A DNA stretch of 64,000 nucleotides, taken from IMG/VR virus record IMGVR_UViG_3300033145_003233, positions 1-64,000 of that record. The stretch is one strand, 5' to 3'. Below the pieces are notes generated by a model. It was not told the DNA's origin. It saw nothing but the letters and a program-made list of their open reading frames with translations, and searched no databases. Positions 27,962 through 37,858 of the stretch are shown here, one piece after another (within the stretch, counting starts at the first letter, position 1; each line of letters starts with the position of its first letter). Made by a program: the position numbers and the translations under genes.

Positions 27962-28330
27962 TTAATCTACAAATTTTACAAGAGTCGTATAATCTTCTTG
28001 TATTATCTCTATTTTAGCACCTATTTCTATATCGTTATTTTTAAAGAAATCATAATTAGCTTCTATAGCAATTTCACAATCAGTATCACTTGAAACAGAT
28101 ATATCTGAACAAGGACTTATATATGAAATCTTTACAATTTCTTTTTCTGAAGAAACAAAAGCTATAGCTAATGGCATAAAAGTATTAACTCCCCAGAACT
28201 TTAGGTTGTGAGGTCTTTTAAATTTAAAAAGCATACCATCATCTTCTCCCAACTTCTTTCTAAACATCAAACCTCTTTGGTGTTGGAAGGGAGTTTCTGC
28301 TATCTCAACTTTTAAATAATGTTTTACCAT
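27962..28330 (-). CDS. DUF192 family protein
   Basis: VEIAETP...RGLMFRKKL..DDGMLFKF...FW..NT.MPLAIAFV. Confidence 0.9.
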   Translation of the reverse strand: MVKHYLKVEIAETPFQHQRGLMFRKKLGEDDGMLFKFKRPHNLKFWGVNTFMPLAIAFVSSEKEIVKISYISPCSDISVSSDTDCEIAIEANYDFFKNNDIEIGAKIEIIQEDYTTLVKFVD

Positions 28331-28331
28331 A

Positions 28332-28622
28332 TTACCAAGGACCCCAATGTTCTGCTCTAATCATTGCTATTGATGCTTCCTCCCAGTTATATTTTTTTTG
28401 AACCTTAGCTCTCATCATCCCATAATAAAGTTCTTGAGAAAATCTTTTATCCCAAACAGGATCATAAACCTCATTCCCCTCTTCAATCCAAGCATGAGGG
28501 TTATCAAAATCCTTACCAGTAAACCTAGCTCCATTAATAGTTCCATGAACCAAAGTAGAATTTTGATTATCCATAACGTATCGACCAGACAAGAGATAAC
28601 AATCTCCCAGTCTATCCTCCAT
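28332..28622 (-). CDS. Small protein with possible transglutaminase/papain-like Cys-His-Asp triad
   Basis: GDCY...HAWIE...YDP ordering. Confidence 0.45.
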   Translation of the reverse strand: MEDRLGDCYLLSGRYVMDNQNSTLVHGTINGARFTGKDFDNPHAWIEEGNEVYDPVWDKRFSQELYYGMMRAKVQKKYNWEEASIAMIRAEHWGPW

Positions 28623-28663
28623 ACCTTGTTCTATATATTTCTTGCTTATTATCTTTTTTATTT

Positions 28664-29098
28664 TTATATCCTATAATCAAAGCTTCTTCTCTCACAACTA
28701 TACAAAAAATCATCAGCCTCATTTGACGGAACATCAAATTCAATTCCGTCATATTCATAACCAACTATACTAACAGAACTATTATTATAGTTAGAATAAT
28801 TATCAAACCATCTTTCTACTTCTTTTCGATTAGAAATAGTTTTAACTCTATTATAATTAATAATCTCTAAATCTTCTGCTTTAGGCAACATCCTATAAGT
28901 ACTTTTTATGCCCCTTTTATTTCTTTCTTCTTCTCCCATTGTTACAAGATACTCATCTTCTCTATACTCAAAACCTAGCTTGCCTCCGCGGAGAACTTGC
29001 ATTTCTTGTTTTACAGTATCGTACCAGCTTAGTTCTCTTTGGATATTTTCCTTAACTGGTTCTGATTTAATTCTAAACAATACGGTTATTATCGGCAT
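28664..29098 (-). CDS. Hypothetical protein
   Basis: ORF in operon. Confidence 0.7.
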   Translation of the reverse strand: MPIITVLFRIKSEPVKENIQRELSWYDTVKQEMQVLRGGKLGFEYREDEYLVTMGEEERNKRGIKSTYRMLPKAEDLEIINYNRVKTISNRKEVERWFDNYSNYNNSSVSIVGYEYDGIEFDVPSNEADDFLYSCERRSFDYRI

Positions 29099-29108
29099 AT
29101 TATTTCTC

Positions 29109-29525
29109 TTAAAATCTGTCCCACCAACTAGAAGCTACTTTGTGTCGTTTCGCGGTTTTCACTCCTTTAGAATTATTCAATGCTATATTATAGTCTATAC
29201 TAACCCCATCATCTTCAAATATAGATCTATCATCTCCTAAAATCATTACCCTAATAACTTTTTCACCCTTGTCAGTAATTGTTAGGTTATCTCCTATAGC
29301 TTGAATCAATCCAGCATCTTTCATTCTTCTAACTTCTTCCTGTCCCAAAGTCGCTGGTTTTTTAAATGTTTTTTCTTTTTGTTTTGAACCTGTTCTCCAT
29401 ATATTATATAAAGATTTAGCAGCAATGGGATCTACGTAGTCTGGGCTTTTTAATATCTTCTCTCTAAACTCTGGCATTATCCTAATAAGATTATCCCATA
29501 TTGAAGACTGACTATTTTTTATCAT
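29109..29525 (-). CDS. Hypothetical protein (possible winged helix)
   Basis: MKDAGLIQ...LTITDKGEKVI wHTH-like wing. Confidence 0.7.
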   Translation of the reverse strand: MIKNSQSSIWDNLIRIMPEFREKILKSPDYVDPIAAKSLYNIWRTGSKQKEKTFKKPATLGQEEVRRMKDAGLIQAIGDNLTITDKGEKVIRVMILGDDRSIFEDDGVSIDYNIALNNSKGVKTAKRHKVASSWWDRF

Positions 29526-29536
29526 TATAATTTTCC

Positions 29537-29818
29537 TTATGCTGTAGTTTCTATGAAATCAAATTCTTTAATCGCCCCCTTAAGAGTAGGCTTACATTGA
29601 TACGCTCTATGAGTATTACAAACATACCAAGTTTTACCATTTACTACTGCCTTCCATACGGCAGGAGTGGATTCTCCATTGGGACCATGATGCCAAACCG
29701 CACCAGCTTCCATAACTTTTTTTCTTTCTTCATCTGTTAATGTTCTTCTATTCTTCTTTAAGGTCTTCATTTCAGGGCCTTTACTTCTAGCATATTTTGT
29801 TGTTTCAATCGTTTTCAT
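29537..29818 (-). CDS. Hypothetical protein
   Basis: MKTIETTKYA start. Confidence 0.7.
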   Translation of the reverse strand: MKTIETTKYARSKGPEMKTLKKNRRTLTDEERKKVMEAGAVWHHGPNGESTPAVWKAVVNGKTWYVCNTHRAYQCKPTLKGAIKEFDFIETTA

Positions 29819-30071
29819 ATTTTTTCACAATTTTCAAAACTTTTCTAGCCTCTTCTCTATCAGATTCTTTTTCCTCTTCTGGTAAATCTTTATAATCAGT
29901 TTCAAGTTGTCTTTTCCACCTATCTACCAACTCCTTAGAAATCGTTTCTCCCCCATCTTCATTTGATGTTGTCTTACTAAATAAATACTTCATCCATCCA
30001 GACCAAGCTTTATGAGCAAAGTCAGCATGCTCTTCAATTCTTTTCTTCTTATTTGAAAAAACTAATTTCAT
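29805..30071 (-). CDS. Hypothetical protein
   Basis: HKAWSGW...RWKRQ...YKDLPEEEKESDR, a common phage motif. Confidence 0.75.
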   Translation of the reverse strand: MKLVFSNKKKRIEEHADFAHKAWSGWMKYLFSKTTSNEDGGETISKELVDRWKRQLETDYKDLPEEEKESDREEARKVLKIVKKYEND

Positions 30072-30072
30072 T

Positions 30073-30321
30073 TTAACTTTTCATTTTAGATCTTTGTCTT
30101 GGAGCCAAATGCTTAAATGCAGGATTCGCAAAAGTCTCAACATTACTATTCTCTATTACCCCATGAACTATCTCATTATGGCATTCTCTACATTGTCCTT
30201 TAATAGGCCCCTTACATACAGGGCAATCGTGAATAGGATTTGCTTCTTCACAAGAATTACAAAATGTCATTCCTTGATTTTGAAACATCTCTCTATATTT
30301 TCCTGATTGTATAATTTTCAT
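30073..30321 (-). CDS. Cys-rich microprotein
   Basis: Three CxxC pairs. Confidence 0.65.
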   Translation of the reverse strand: MKIIQSGKYREMFQNQGMTFCNSCEEANPIHDCPVCKGPIKGQCRECHNEIVHGVIENSNVETFANPAFKHLAPRQRSKMKS

Positions 30322-31091
30322 TATCTACTCAATAGACTCCTACTTGGATATGGATCATTATAAGCCCTATCAAACCAACTAAACGGTTCATTACGAACCT
30401 CACGCCAATAATGCCCCTCACCAACTCGACCATCATTATTATAATTTTCTAAACCCTTCCTATATCTTCTTTGCTCTTGCTTCCCTTTTGTTCTTTGGTC
30501 TAGAGCCTTGTCCCATGGAAAAATTCTTTCTTCCATAGGCAAGTCTAAATGTGCCCAAGGACCCGAAATCCCTTTTGCGGTTTTAACATCGCATTGAGAA
30601 ATTCTTTTCCTACCCATTGCAGTAAAACCCAGCAACCTAGATATATATAGTAATTTACAGATTGTTCTATTAATCCAATCTATAGAAATTTTATAATCAG
30701 GCACTTTATAAATTTGTTTCTTATTAAAGCTCTTTATGTCTCTAGTAAGAGAAAAAGAAATGACATTATAATATTTTGATTTTTCAGACCCCTCAAAACA
30801 TAATAAAAATTTAGAAAGGTCCTTCAGAGAAAAAACAAAAAGATTCATCATATTGTCATCTAATAATTCTTCTGTAGGAATATCTCCCTGAAGCAATTCT
30901 ATCATCTCGTCCCATAGCAATAAGAGAATCTTTTTTTGTTTTTTTATAATTCCTTTTATCTCTCTAATTGTCATGATAACTCCCTGTACCCTGCTCCCTC
31001 CATCATCGTCATAAATTTCGCATTTCTTATTATCTATTAGACGGATGCCATAATAATCCAATTCTTTACACAATAAACTCCAGGTGTCCAT
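30321..31091 (-). CDS. Hypothetical protein
   Basis: ORF in operon. Confidence 0.75.
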   Translation of the reverse strand: MDTWSLLCKELDYYGIRLIDNKKCEIYDDDGGSRVQGVIMTIREIKGIIKKQKKILLLLWDEMIELLQGDIPTEELLDDNMMNLFVFSLKDLSKFLLCFEGSEKSKYYNVISFSLTRDIKSFNKKQIYKVPDYKISIDWINRTICKLLYISRLLGFTAMGRKRISQCDVKTAKGISGPWAHLDLPMEERIFPWDKALDQRTKGKQEQRRYRKGLENYNNDGRVGEGHYWREVRNEPFSWFDRAYNDPYPSRSLLSR

Positions 31092-31111
31092 TTTTGAAAC
31101 ACACCTCTACT

Positions 31112-32002
31112 TTATTTTTCTCTTAATCTTTCTTGCTCCTGTTCTTTGTCAACAAAACCCACTTCACCAGGGACGTGTAAAGAATCTATCATATGCTGTA
31201 ACTCATCAGAAGCTTTCTTTTTCACATTACCCCTGCTATCTAATTCTATAACGGCATCAGCAGCCGTCAACGGCGGCCTAGCTTCTCCAACAGGATGTAT
31301 TGTCTTAACTTTCTTTTTTTTGAGGTGTTTATCCTTTTTTTTACTAGTTTTCTTCTGGCTTTTTTTTCTAGTTGTTTTTTTCTTCTTTTTCTTAGATTTT
31401 TTCTTTTTGGTCTTTTTATCAACAAAATCCACATCTTTTTCTTCTTTTTCTTCATCTATCTTAACAAGCTTAGGTGCTTTAGGAACTTTTTGAGCTTTTT
31501 TGGTTTTTTTAGTTTTAAAATCCCACACTACTGGTTCAACATCAATATCTTCTCCACTTTTAACCTTCTTGTCTTTTATCTCAACAACCTCAACTTTCTT
31601 TGATTTAGGACTCTTTCTTTTTTTCTTCATAGAGCTTTTCTTTTTAGAAGAAGGTGTCTTATCATAAATAATATTAATAAAATTATTCTTCTTAGCTGCC
31701 TGCATGGGGATAGATTCAGCTTTATCCCGATCAACTGGCAATGTTGCTCGTGGACGGAGGACAAGATCCCCCAGTACCAAAACCTGATCCGTTTTATTAA
31801 CAATCACGACCCTAGAAGAAGCCTTTTTCTTTTTATAATTAGGATCTGTTGACTTTAAAAGGCCCTGTTCAATTGCCCTTCTAATATCAGGAGCATATAA
31901 ATCATTTCCACAAATGGATACTGTCATTCCGGCACTAAGAGCTTTTTTTAAAGTATGTAAAACACAACTTCCCTCAAAATTTTCTGGAACTTTAAAAATC
32001 AT
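31112..32002 (-). CDS. Lys-rich basic protein (start reassigned to MIFKV)
   Basis: AAGGAG SD before 32002; poly-Lys tracts KKKSKKKKKKTTRKKSQKK. Confidence 0.75.
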   Translation of the reverse strand: MIFKVPENFEGSCVLHTLKKALSAGMTVSICGNDLYAPDIRRAIEQGLLKSTDPNYKKKKASSRVVIVNKTDQVLVLGDLVLRPRATLPVDRDKAESIPMQAAKKNNFINIIYDKTPSSKKKSSMKKKRKSPKSKKVEVVEIKDKKVKSGEDIDVEPVVWDFKTKKTKKAQKVPKAPKLVKIDEEKEEKDVDFVDKKTKKKKSKKKKKKTTRKKSQKKTSKKKDKHLKKKKVKTIHPVGEARPPLTAADAVIELDSRGNVKKKASDELQHMIDSLHVPGEVGFVDKEQEQERLREK

Positions 32003-32093
32003 CAGTTTCTCCTTTAAAATCAATATCTATATCTATTTATTCTATAATAGTTTATCGGAAAAAAATGCCTCAAAGATTAAAGAAATGAGGTTC

Positions 32094-32522
32094 TTATAAC
32101 TTTAGACCCCTGATGGTGGTGTCTTTTTTAATTCTCTTAAAGATATTCCCTTTTTGCATATTATGAGGCCCAACATCTACATTATCTAATATCTTTGACA
32201 CATCCCTTATGGGAAGTTTATCTACTTCTGACACAAATCTCTCATCATTTGCACCCTCTCCTGTAGGAGGATCTTGATCCATTAAAACATTTTCTCCCGG
32301 CAACTGACCATGTATCCTTTCATATTCTGTCTCATTCTCATCTTCAATACGACTAATATTCTTTGGATACCCAGGCCTTTTATGCCCTCCAAATTCTGGC
32401 TTAGCATTAACTAATGAACGAGGGTCTTTTTTGTGATTTGATGACGAAGGACGACGGCCTTCGTTGTATTCTTCCATTATAGGAATTCCTCGATTCCAAG
32501 AATTTTTAAACCAGTTACTCAT
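32094..32522 (-). CDS. Hypothetical protein with MSNWFK leader
   Basis: Leader-family variant. Confidence 0.7.
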   Translation of the reverse strand: MSNWFKNSWNRGIPIMEEYNEGRRPSSSNHKKDPRSLVNAKPEFGGHKRPGYPKNISRIEDENETEYERIHGQLPGENVLMDQDPPTGEGANDERFVSEVDKLPIRDVSKILDNVDVGPHNMQKGNIFKRIKKDTTIRGLKL

Positions 32523-32525
32523 TAT

Positions 32526-32750
32526 TTAGATAACCCGTTGGTAAGGAGCTACATTCTGTGAATTTATCCTTATGCCATGAACATCTACACTAGATGCCGC
32601 TTGCGTAAGTAACTCTTGAGCAACCATTTTTTCTTGCTCTTTGTCCTCTTGTTCTTCAATAAATATATCTCCTTCTATAGAAAAAGAGTATCTTGAAGAT
32701 TGACGTTGCTTATTAAACCAATTTTGAGCCTTTTTAAACCAATTAGCCAC
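32526..32750 (-). CDS. Hypothetical protein with tandem NWFK leader (GTG start, MANWFKKAQNWFNKQ)
   Basis: Start reassigned to GTG overlapping the upstream stop. Confidence 0.65.
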   Translation of the reverse strand: MANWFKKAQNWFNKQRQSSRYSFSIEGDIFIEEQEDKEQEKMVAQELLTQAASSVDVHGIRINSQNVAPYQRVI

Positions 32751-33564
32751 CCATATCTCCTTCAGGATAATTAGCTTTTGCTTCTTCACAGCTTTTGAAA
32801 TTATCAATAGGAGTCCCATCATGCTCACAAACCTGTATTAATCCATCTGGCCCTTTCTTAAAAACCGGGTCTGGACTTGAAGAAACAGGATGTTCTAAAG
32901 ATCTTCTTATTGGAGGAACCATATTTTGAGATAATAATCTTAACTTTCCTGCCGTGATATCTATTACCTGTTGTTTTTCATCGTCATTAAGATCTCTATT
33001 AGTCTTAGCTGCTATAGCATAAATATGAAATAACATAGCATCTGCATCTTTAAGAGATGCCATTACCATTTTATCTATACTCTTCCCTTTAAAACGATCA
33101 GGATGATTTTGCAATTGGCTTGAAGATGATGGAATATTATTTTTTACTTTTGTCTTCTTGCCCTCCATTTGCACCCCAACATATTTATCCCAAAATACTG
33201 TATCTCTTTTAGAATTATCTTCTGCCTTCTTATAGTCTTTTAGCTTTTCTTGATTTAGTTCTTCTGACTTCGCATTAATAGGAGTAACACCTTCAGTCTT
33301 CTCTCCGAAAGCCACAGTCTTATCATCCATATCTGCCTCCGTAATAGCTACAACCGCTTCATTTTTCCTGGCAGCATTAAGTTGCTGATTAAATGGGACA
33401 GTATTGTCCTTATCTTTTGTCGGCAAACTTAAATTAATATTTTTTTCAACTACTCCCTGAGACTCATTAGACAAACCCATGCTTTTTCTATTATCTTCTA
33501 GCATTTTGTCATTTATGGCATAATCAGACGAACTAGCCTTTTTGCTTAAATTAAATTTTTCCAT
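32743..33564 (-). CDS. Hypothetical head-associated protein
   Basis: MEKFNLSKKASS start; preceded by AAGGTTTT promoter motif at 33613-33621. Confidence 0.75.
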   Translation of the reverse strand: MEKFNLSKKASSSDYAINDKMLEDNRKSMGLSNESQGVVEKNINLSLPTKDKDNTVPFNQQLNAARKNEAVVAITEADMDDKTVAFGEKTEGVTPINAKSEELNQEKLKDYKKAEDNSKRDTVFWDKYVGVQMEGKKTKVKNNIPSSSSQLQNHPDRFKGKSIDKMVMASLKDADAMLFHIYAIAAKTNRDLNDDEKQQVIDITAGKLRLLSQNMVPPIRRSLEHPVSSSPDPVFKKGPDGLIQVCEHDGTPIDNFKSCEEAKANYPEGDMGG

Positions 33565-33638
33565 TACATAGCCCTCTTATCACAGAATATATTATATCTA
33601 TATTTATATTTTAAAAACCTTAAATCCTTTTATTTTAT

Positions 33639-35537
33639 TTAACGCTTATACATCGGCCAACTTGCCCTTTTCTCCAATTGAGCAGCAACTCTCTTTCCAG
33701 AACCGACTCCATACACTCCACCCTGCATATTTCTCCACACAACATTATTCCCTGATGGGTTCCCCAATGATGCTAATCTTATACTAGGCAATCTACTTAT
33801 TTGTTTTTCTATAGCCACATATGTTGCCCCTGCCAGACAATCCACTATGTCATCACTTTTGGCCCCATCACCCTCTGTCTTTGGAAGAACCTTAAAACCA
33901 GTAGGAGTAAACTTCCTCTGTAATTCTATCATTTCATTATATAAAAGATGCTCATAAGGAATAAACAGCTTCTTCATATTAATCATATTTTCTAACTCTT
34001 TATAAATCTTGAATTTATACTGACCTGTAAATCTAGTTTCCTTATTCGGAATGCCTGCTTTTCTTAGTTTTAAAATACTTTCCTGACTAGCCCACTGATC
34101 ATATGTCACTATACCTATATGAAATTTATGTTTCAACCCAATCACATATGAAATAACTTCACTGGGATCAATCGGAGCATGAATAGGTTGCCAATATTTT
34201 ATATGATCTACAACAATCCTAAAGTCGGCCTTCTTGGTTTTAAGGTTCATATAAAATTCTTTATGCAAAACTACCAAAGCATAATTATGGCTTGATGTAG
34301 CAGGATCTAAATGAATAAAATAAACCTTACCAGGAGATCCCATCGGAACATTTCTTAAATTATGACCTGTAAACAGCGGCTTTATTTGATCCTCTGTAAA
34401 GAAGCTTTCTAAGCCTGTGCCACTAAATTCAGCACCAAATTCCATATTAAATTCAGTTTCAGACATAGCATTATTCTCTGTCCTTAAAGATTCCCTTGTG
34501 TGATAAGGATTAACACCCCATGTCGATACCCTCATCGCCAACCTATTAGGAACATTCCCTGCTGTCTTAAATAAATCATAAAATTTGCCTTCTTTAGCCC
34601 TCGGAGAAGAAATACTAATTGTTTTTCCATCATAAATTCTATTTGTAATAATCCTTTGCTTATGCTCATTAAGAACATAATTACCATTCTCATCTTTTTC
34701 ATAATCTTTTCTAACATATGTCTGGATAGTAGGAGTAAGAGCCGCATAAATTCTATCTCCAGATGAAGACCCTCCCGTTGATTTATATGAAGCCACCTCA
34801 TCAAGAATAAGGACAATACACCCCATTCCCAAAAGAGAGTCAGAGTTACTATGTCCAACCAAAATACCTATTGACCCTTTTTTAATAGGTAAACCTTTTG
34901 CTTTAAACTCCTTATTATCTTCTTTATCTTTAGGAGTTAAAAGATAAATAGCTCCTGCTCCTATTCCGTCTTTAACATATTTATCTTTAAAATATTCGCT
35001 ATGAAATAATTTTTCTCTTATTTCTAAAAATGCGATATTAGCCTGTGATTTGGAATTAGCTACCGTTAATATATTAATAGTATTAGCAGAAGACAACTCG
35101 TACATAGCATAAGGATCTCCACCAGGACACTCCAAAAGCTTCATCGCCTCATATAGAGCGATAATACTAACTATAAAATCTTTCCCTGACCTTCTTCCCC
35201 ACACCAACACCAACTCTCTAAACAAAGAGTCTCCATGATATTTATCTAGAACATTCCCATTATCATCATTATCTAATCCTAAATCTTTCAACATTTCTAA
35301 TTCTAAATCTGTTAACTCGAGATCCTCATTACCAACAGTTCCTCTATAGAATGCTTTTAACATAATTTTTTGCATTGGAAATAAATTAATCGGATTAGAA
35401 GGATGAACTGGAAGACCCAACCACTCCTCAGCCTCTACAAAAGTAACAATGTCTGGTATCTCTACCTCTTTTTTAAAATCTATCTCTAATTGAAGATCAT
35501 CAATTAAATCTCCAACTAATTGTTTATTTTTTGCCAT
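33639..35537 (-). CDS. terL: Terminase large subunit
   Basis: Walker A GRRSGKD, Walker B ILDEVA, coupling ISSP, RNase H-like HLDPATS and DDIVDCLAG. Confidence 0.92.
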   Translation of the reverse strand: MAKNKQLVGDLIDDLQLEIDFKKEVEIPDIVTFVEAEEWLGLPVHPSNPINLFPMQKIMLKAFYRGTVGNEDLELTDLELEMLKDLGLDNDDNGNVLDKYHGDSLFRELVLVWGRRSGKDFIVSIIALYEAMKLLECPGGDPYAMYELSSANTINILTVANSKSQANIAFLEIREKLFHSEYFKDKYVKDGIGAGAIYLLTPKDKEDNKEFKAKGLPIKKGSIGILVGHSNSDSLLGMGCIVLILDEVASYKSTGGSSSGDRIYAALTPTIQTYVRKDYEKDENGNYVLNEHKQRIITNRIYDGKTISISSPRAKEGKFYDLFKTAGNVPNRLAMRVSTWGVNPYHTRESLRTENNAMSETEFNMEFGAEFSGTGLESFFTEDQIKPLFTGHNLRNVPMGSPGKVYFIHLDPATSSHNYALVVLHKEFYMNLKTKKADFRIVVDHIKYWQPIHAPIDPSEVISYVIGLKHKFHIGIVTYDQWASQESILKLRKAGIPNKETRFTGQYKFKIYKELENMINMKKLFIPYEHLLYNEMIELQRKFTPTGFKVLPKTEGDGAKSDDIVDCLAGATYVAIEKQISRLPSIRLASLGNPSGNNVVWRNMQGGVYGVGSGKRVAAQLEKRASWPMYKR

Positions 35538-35547
35538 ATTTTAATCC

Positions 35548-35925
35548 TTATGATACATTATCTATATTTGCTGCATCAATGGGATACCCCACTATCTCTG
35601 ATATTTCTGCAAAAACAGGCAAGACTTGAGTGTTATTGACACTAAGAAAATCATTAATAGAGCCATAACTATTATATATATATTCTTGCAGTTTAAATAC
35701 AAAAACCAACATAAACTCTACCTTCTCCGAGTGCCTTGACGAAAGAACATTCGAAGTTGTAGATATTTGTGCTTCTAACTTCTCTTTATTTATATTTTCG
35801 GTATTAATTTCAGAACTATTTAAATCTGTATTCATTTTATTTATATAATAAATAATATCAGTTCCTCTGCTCTGAGCATTATTCACAAAATCCGTTATTA
35901 TTTTATATAAAGCTGCTGTAATCAT
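35548..35925 (-). CDS. Hypothetical protein
   Basis: ORF between TIGR03790-like gene and terL. Confidence 0.7.
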   Translation of the reverse strand: MITAALYKIITDFVNNAQSRGTDIIYYINKMNTDLNSSEINTENINKEKLEAQISTTSNVLSSRHSEKVEFMLVFVFKLQEYIYNSYGSINDFLSVNNTQVLPVFAEISEIVGYPIDAANIDNVS

Positions 35926-37809
35926 TTAACTATAAATTATCTCAGTATATTCTCTTGAATTATATTCTTCTGTAGTTTCTATATTATATTGATTAACTCT
36001 AAAATAATACGTCTCTCCTCTTATTAAATATTCATCTAAACCAATTAAAGAATCTTGCCTGCTTTCATATCTAACTCTCCTCCCAATATAACTGGAAGAA
36101 ACGCCACTAAAAGTTACAGGAACAAAATTTCCCTTCTCCTTCTCATATGTCCAATTTCTTATTGCAAAACTATCCTTATTAATAAGAATATTATTAAAAT
36201 TTTCATCATCAGAAATTACCAGTCTAAAATGATAATTAACAAAATTATTACTATCATCATCCTGAACAACAAACTCGAACTGCCACCAACCCTCATCTAA
36301 TAAATTAGCTTCTTCTATAATAGCTTCTCCGCTAATAGATGACAAAATTCTACTAACCTTAAAACCCTGATCCCCTAAATAATCATTAACATTAGGAGCA
36401 AGAGTATCAGAACCAGTATAAAAATAATTATGTTTCGGGAAGTCAAAAAAAGTGTCAACAAGAGGTTTTAATTGTGATTGCCATTCTTCTTGATTATTAT
36501 TCATATATAAATTATTAGCGGGATATAATAATAAAGGCAAATCATAATCATTATCAGTAGAAATAGATGGATCTCCTCCTATATCTAACATTGTCAAATC
36601 AACAAAACTATTAACTATCCCCCTTAATTCATTTTCTTTCTTATATAAATGAGCAGCAGATATTGCTAAATCTTTAGACATCATCTCCCAAACAGTATGA
36701 TTCCCTATCTCGTCTTCATCTGGGACTTCTGAAGATGGAAAAGAACAATATGTTAAGGGATCTCCTATTAACGTCATAGTCCAATCTAAATAAGGAAGGC
36801 TAAACAAATATGCCTCTCCTATAGTAGCCCCTCTAAGCAAAGCATAAAAGAAAGCACTTGAATCTAAAAAACCACCAATAGTAGGATTAGACATGGCCCC
36901 TGCTGCTGTTGAATACCCCGCACTCATAGCTAAGTAAGGCCATCTCTTACCATTTTCATCTCTAAGAACCTCTGCTCCATCATAATCGGCATTATAAAAA
37001 AATACTCTCAAAGCATTACTTTGTTGAAAAAATGTAGTTGTTGCCCTATCAGAAAACCAAGACCACACAAAAGAATCATTCTCAACAAATGGTATCGCTA
37101 CATCAATATAAGGGTCCATATAAGTAGTAGACCAACTATCTAAATTTAATGAAGGCAACAAATTATTTTTAAAATCTAAAATAGAATCTTCATATGCTTC
37201 TGCTCCCGCCGCAGCCCTATCTGAATATGGATCTATATAAAAAGTTCCATTAGCAAATAACTGTGTATTTAATTTTTCCGCATTGTCTAGATATTCTTTT
37301 GCCAGTTGTATATTAGGAGCATCTATCCTAGAACATATTAAAGCATGGTCAGTATCAGAAGAATCAAATCTCTGAAAAACAGAGCGATTATATAATTTAT
37401 TACTTACTTGTTTGTTAAAGGTAGAGCTACGCCTAGAGATACGAGAAGTAGAAGATATAATATCATAACCACTACGAAACCCTCCCGGAATATTATACCC
37501 TAAAACGATTCCCCATATGTTCCTATCTCCAAGTTCCGCTGAGCTATTAAAAGCATCATTAATAGGATTTAAAAGTTGAGTATTAAAAACTGCTTCTGAC
37601 GACAGAATCTCAGAATCATCTGTAAATCTAATACCAAGAAGTTGTCCATTTATCTCCCATTCAATACCTCCTGTTTCTCCTGTGCTTCCAGAAGGATTGA
37701 GAGTCGTTGTGTCCATGTTATGTTTGGTAGCATAGTAGGCAGCAAAATCCGCACTATCTAAATCACCTAGCTCATAGACAACTATAAAATTATCTTTTGT
37801 TATAGCCAT
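35926..37809 (-). CDS. TIGR03790-like protein with C-terminal FN3-like tail
   Basis: IVVY...SADFAAYY; IVLGYNIP; SRIDAP; GAMSNP; GATIGEA.L.SLPYLDW....IGDPL. Confidence 0.7.
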   Translation of the reverse strand: MAITKDNFIVVYELGDLDSADFAAYYATKHNMDTTTLNPSGSTGETGGIEWEINGQLLGIRFTDDSEILSSEAVFNTQLLNPINDAFNSSAELGDRNIWGIVLGYNIPGGFRSGYDIISSTSRISRRSSTFNKQVSNKLYNRSVFQRFDSSDTDHALICSRIDAPNIQLAKEYLDNAEKLNTQLFANGTFYIDPYSDRAAAGAEAYEDSILDFKNNLLPSLNLDSWSTTYMDPYIDVAIPFVENDSFVWSWFSDRATTTFFQQSNALRVFFYNADYDGAEVLRDENGKRWPYLAMSAGYSTAAGAMSNPTIGGFLDSSAFFYALLRGATIGEAYLFSLPYLDWTMTLIGDPLTYCSFPSSEVPDEDEIGNHTVWEMMSKDLAISAAHLYKKENELRGIVNSFVDLTMLDIGGDPSISTDNDYDLPLLLYPANNLYMNNNQEEWQSQLKPLVDTFFDFPKHNYFYTGSDTLAPNVNDYLGDQGFKVSRILSSISGEAIIEEANLLDEGWWQFEFVVQDDDSNNFVNYHFRLVISDDENFNNILINKDSFAIRNWTYEKEKGNFVPVTFSGVSSSYIGRRVRYESRQDSLIGLDEYLIRGETYYFRVNQYNIETTEEYNSREYTEIIYS

Positions 37810-37819
37810 ATCCTTATAT

Positions 37820-37846
37820 AGTTCGTAAAATAATGGCTAAAACCTT
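37820..37846 (-). promoter_or_regulatory. Putative phage-sigma promoter AAGGTTTT-N11-TACGAACT
   Basis: Shares the 15-mer with 5125-5139; 10 nt upstream of the ATG at 37809. Confidence 0.55.
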
Positions 37847-37858
37847 TATAAAGAGCAC

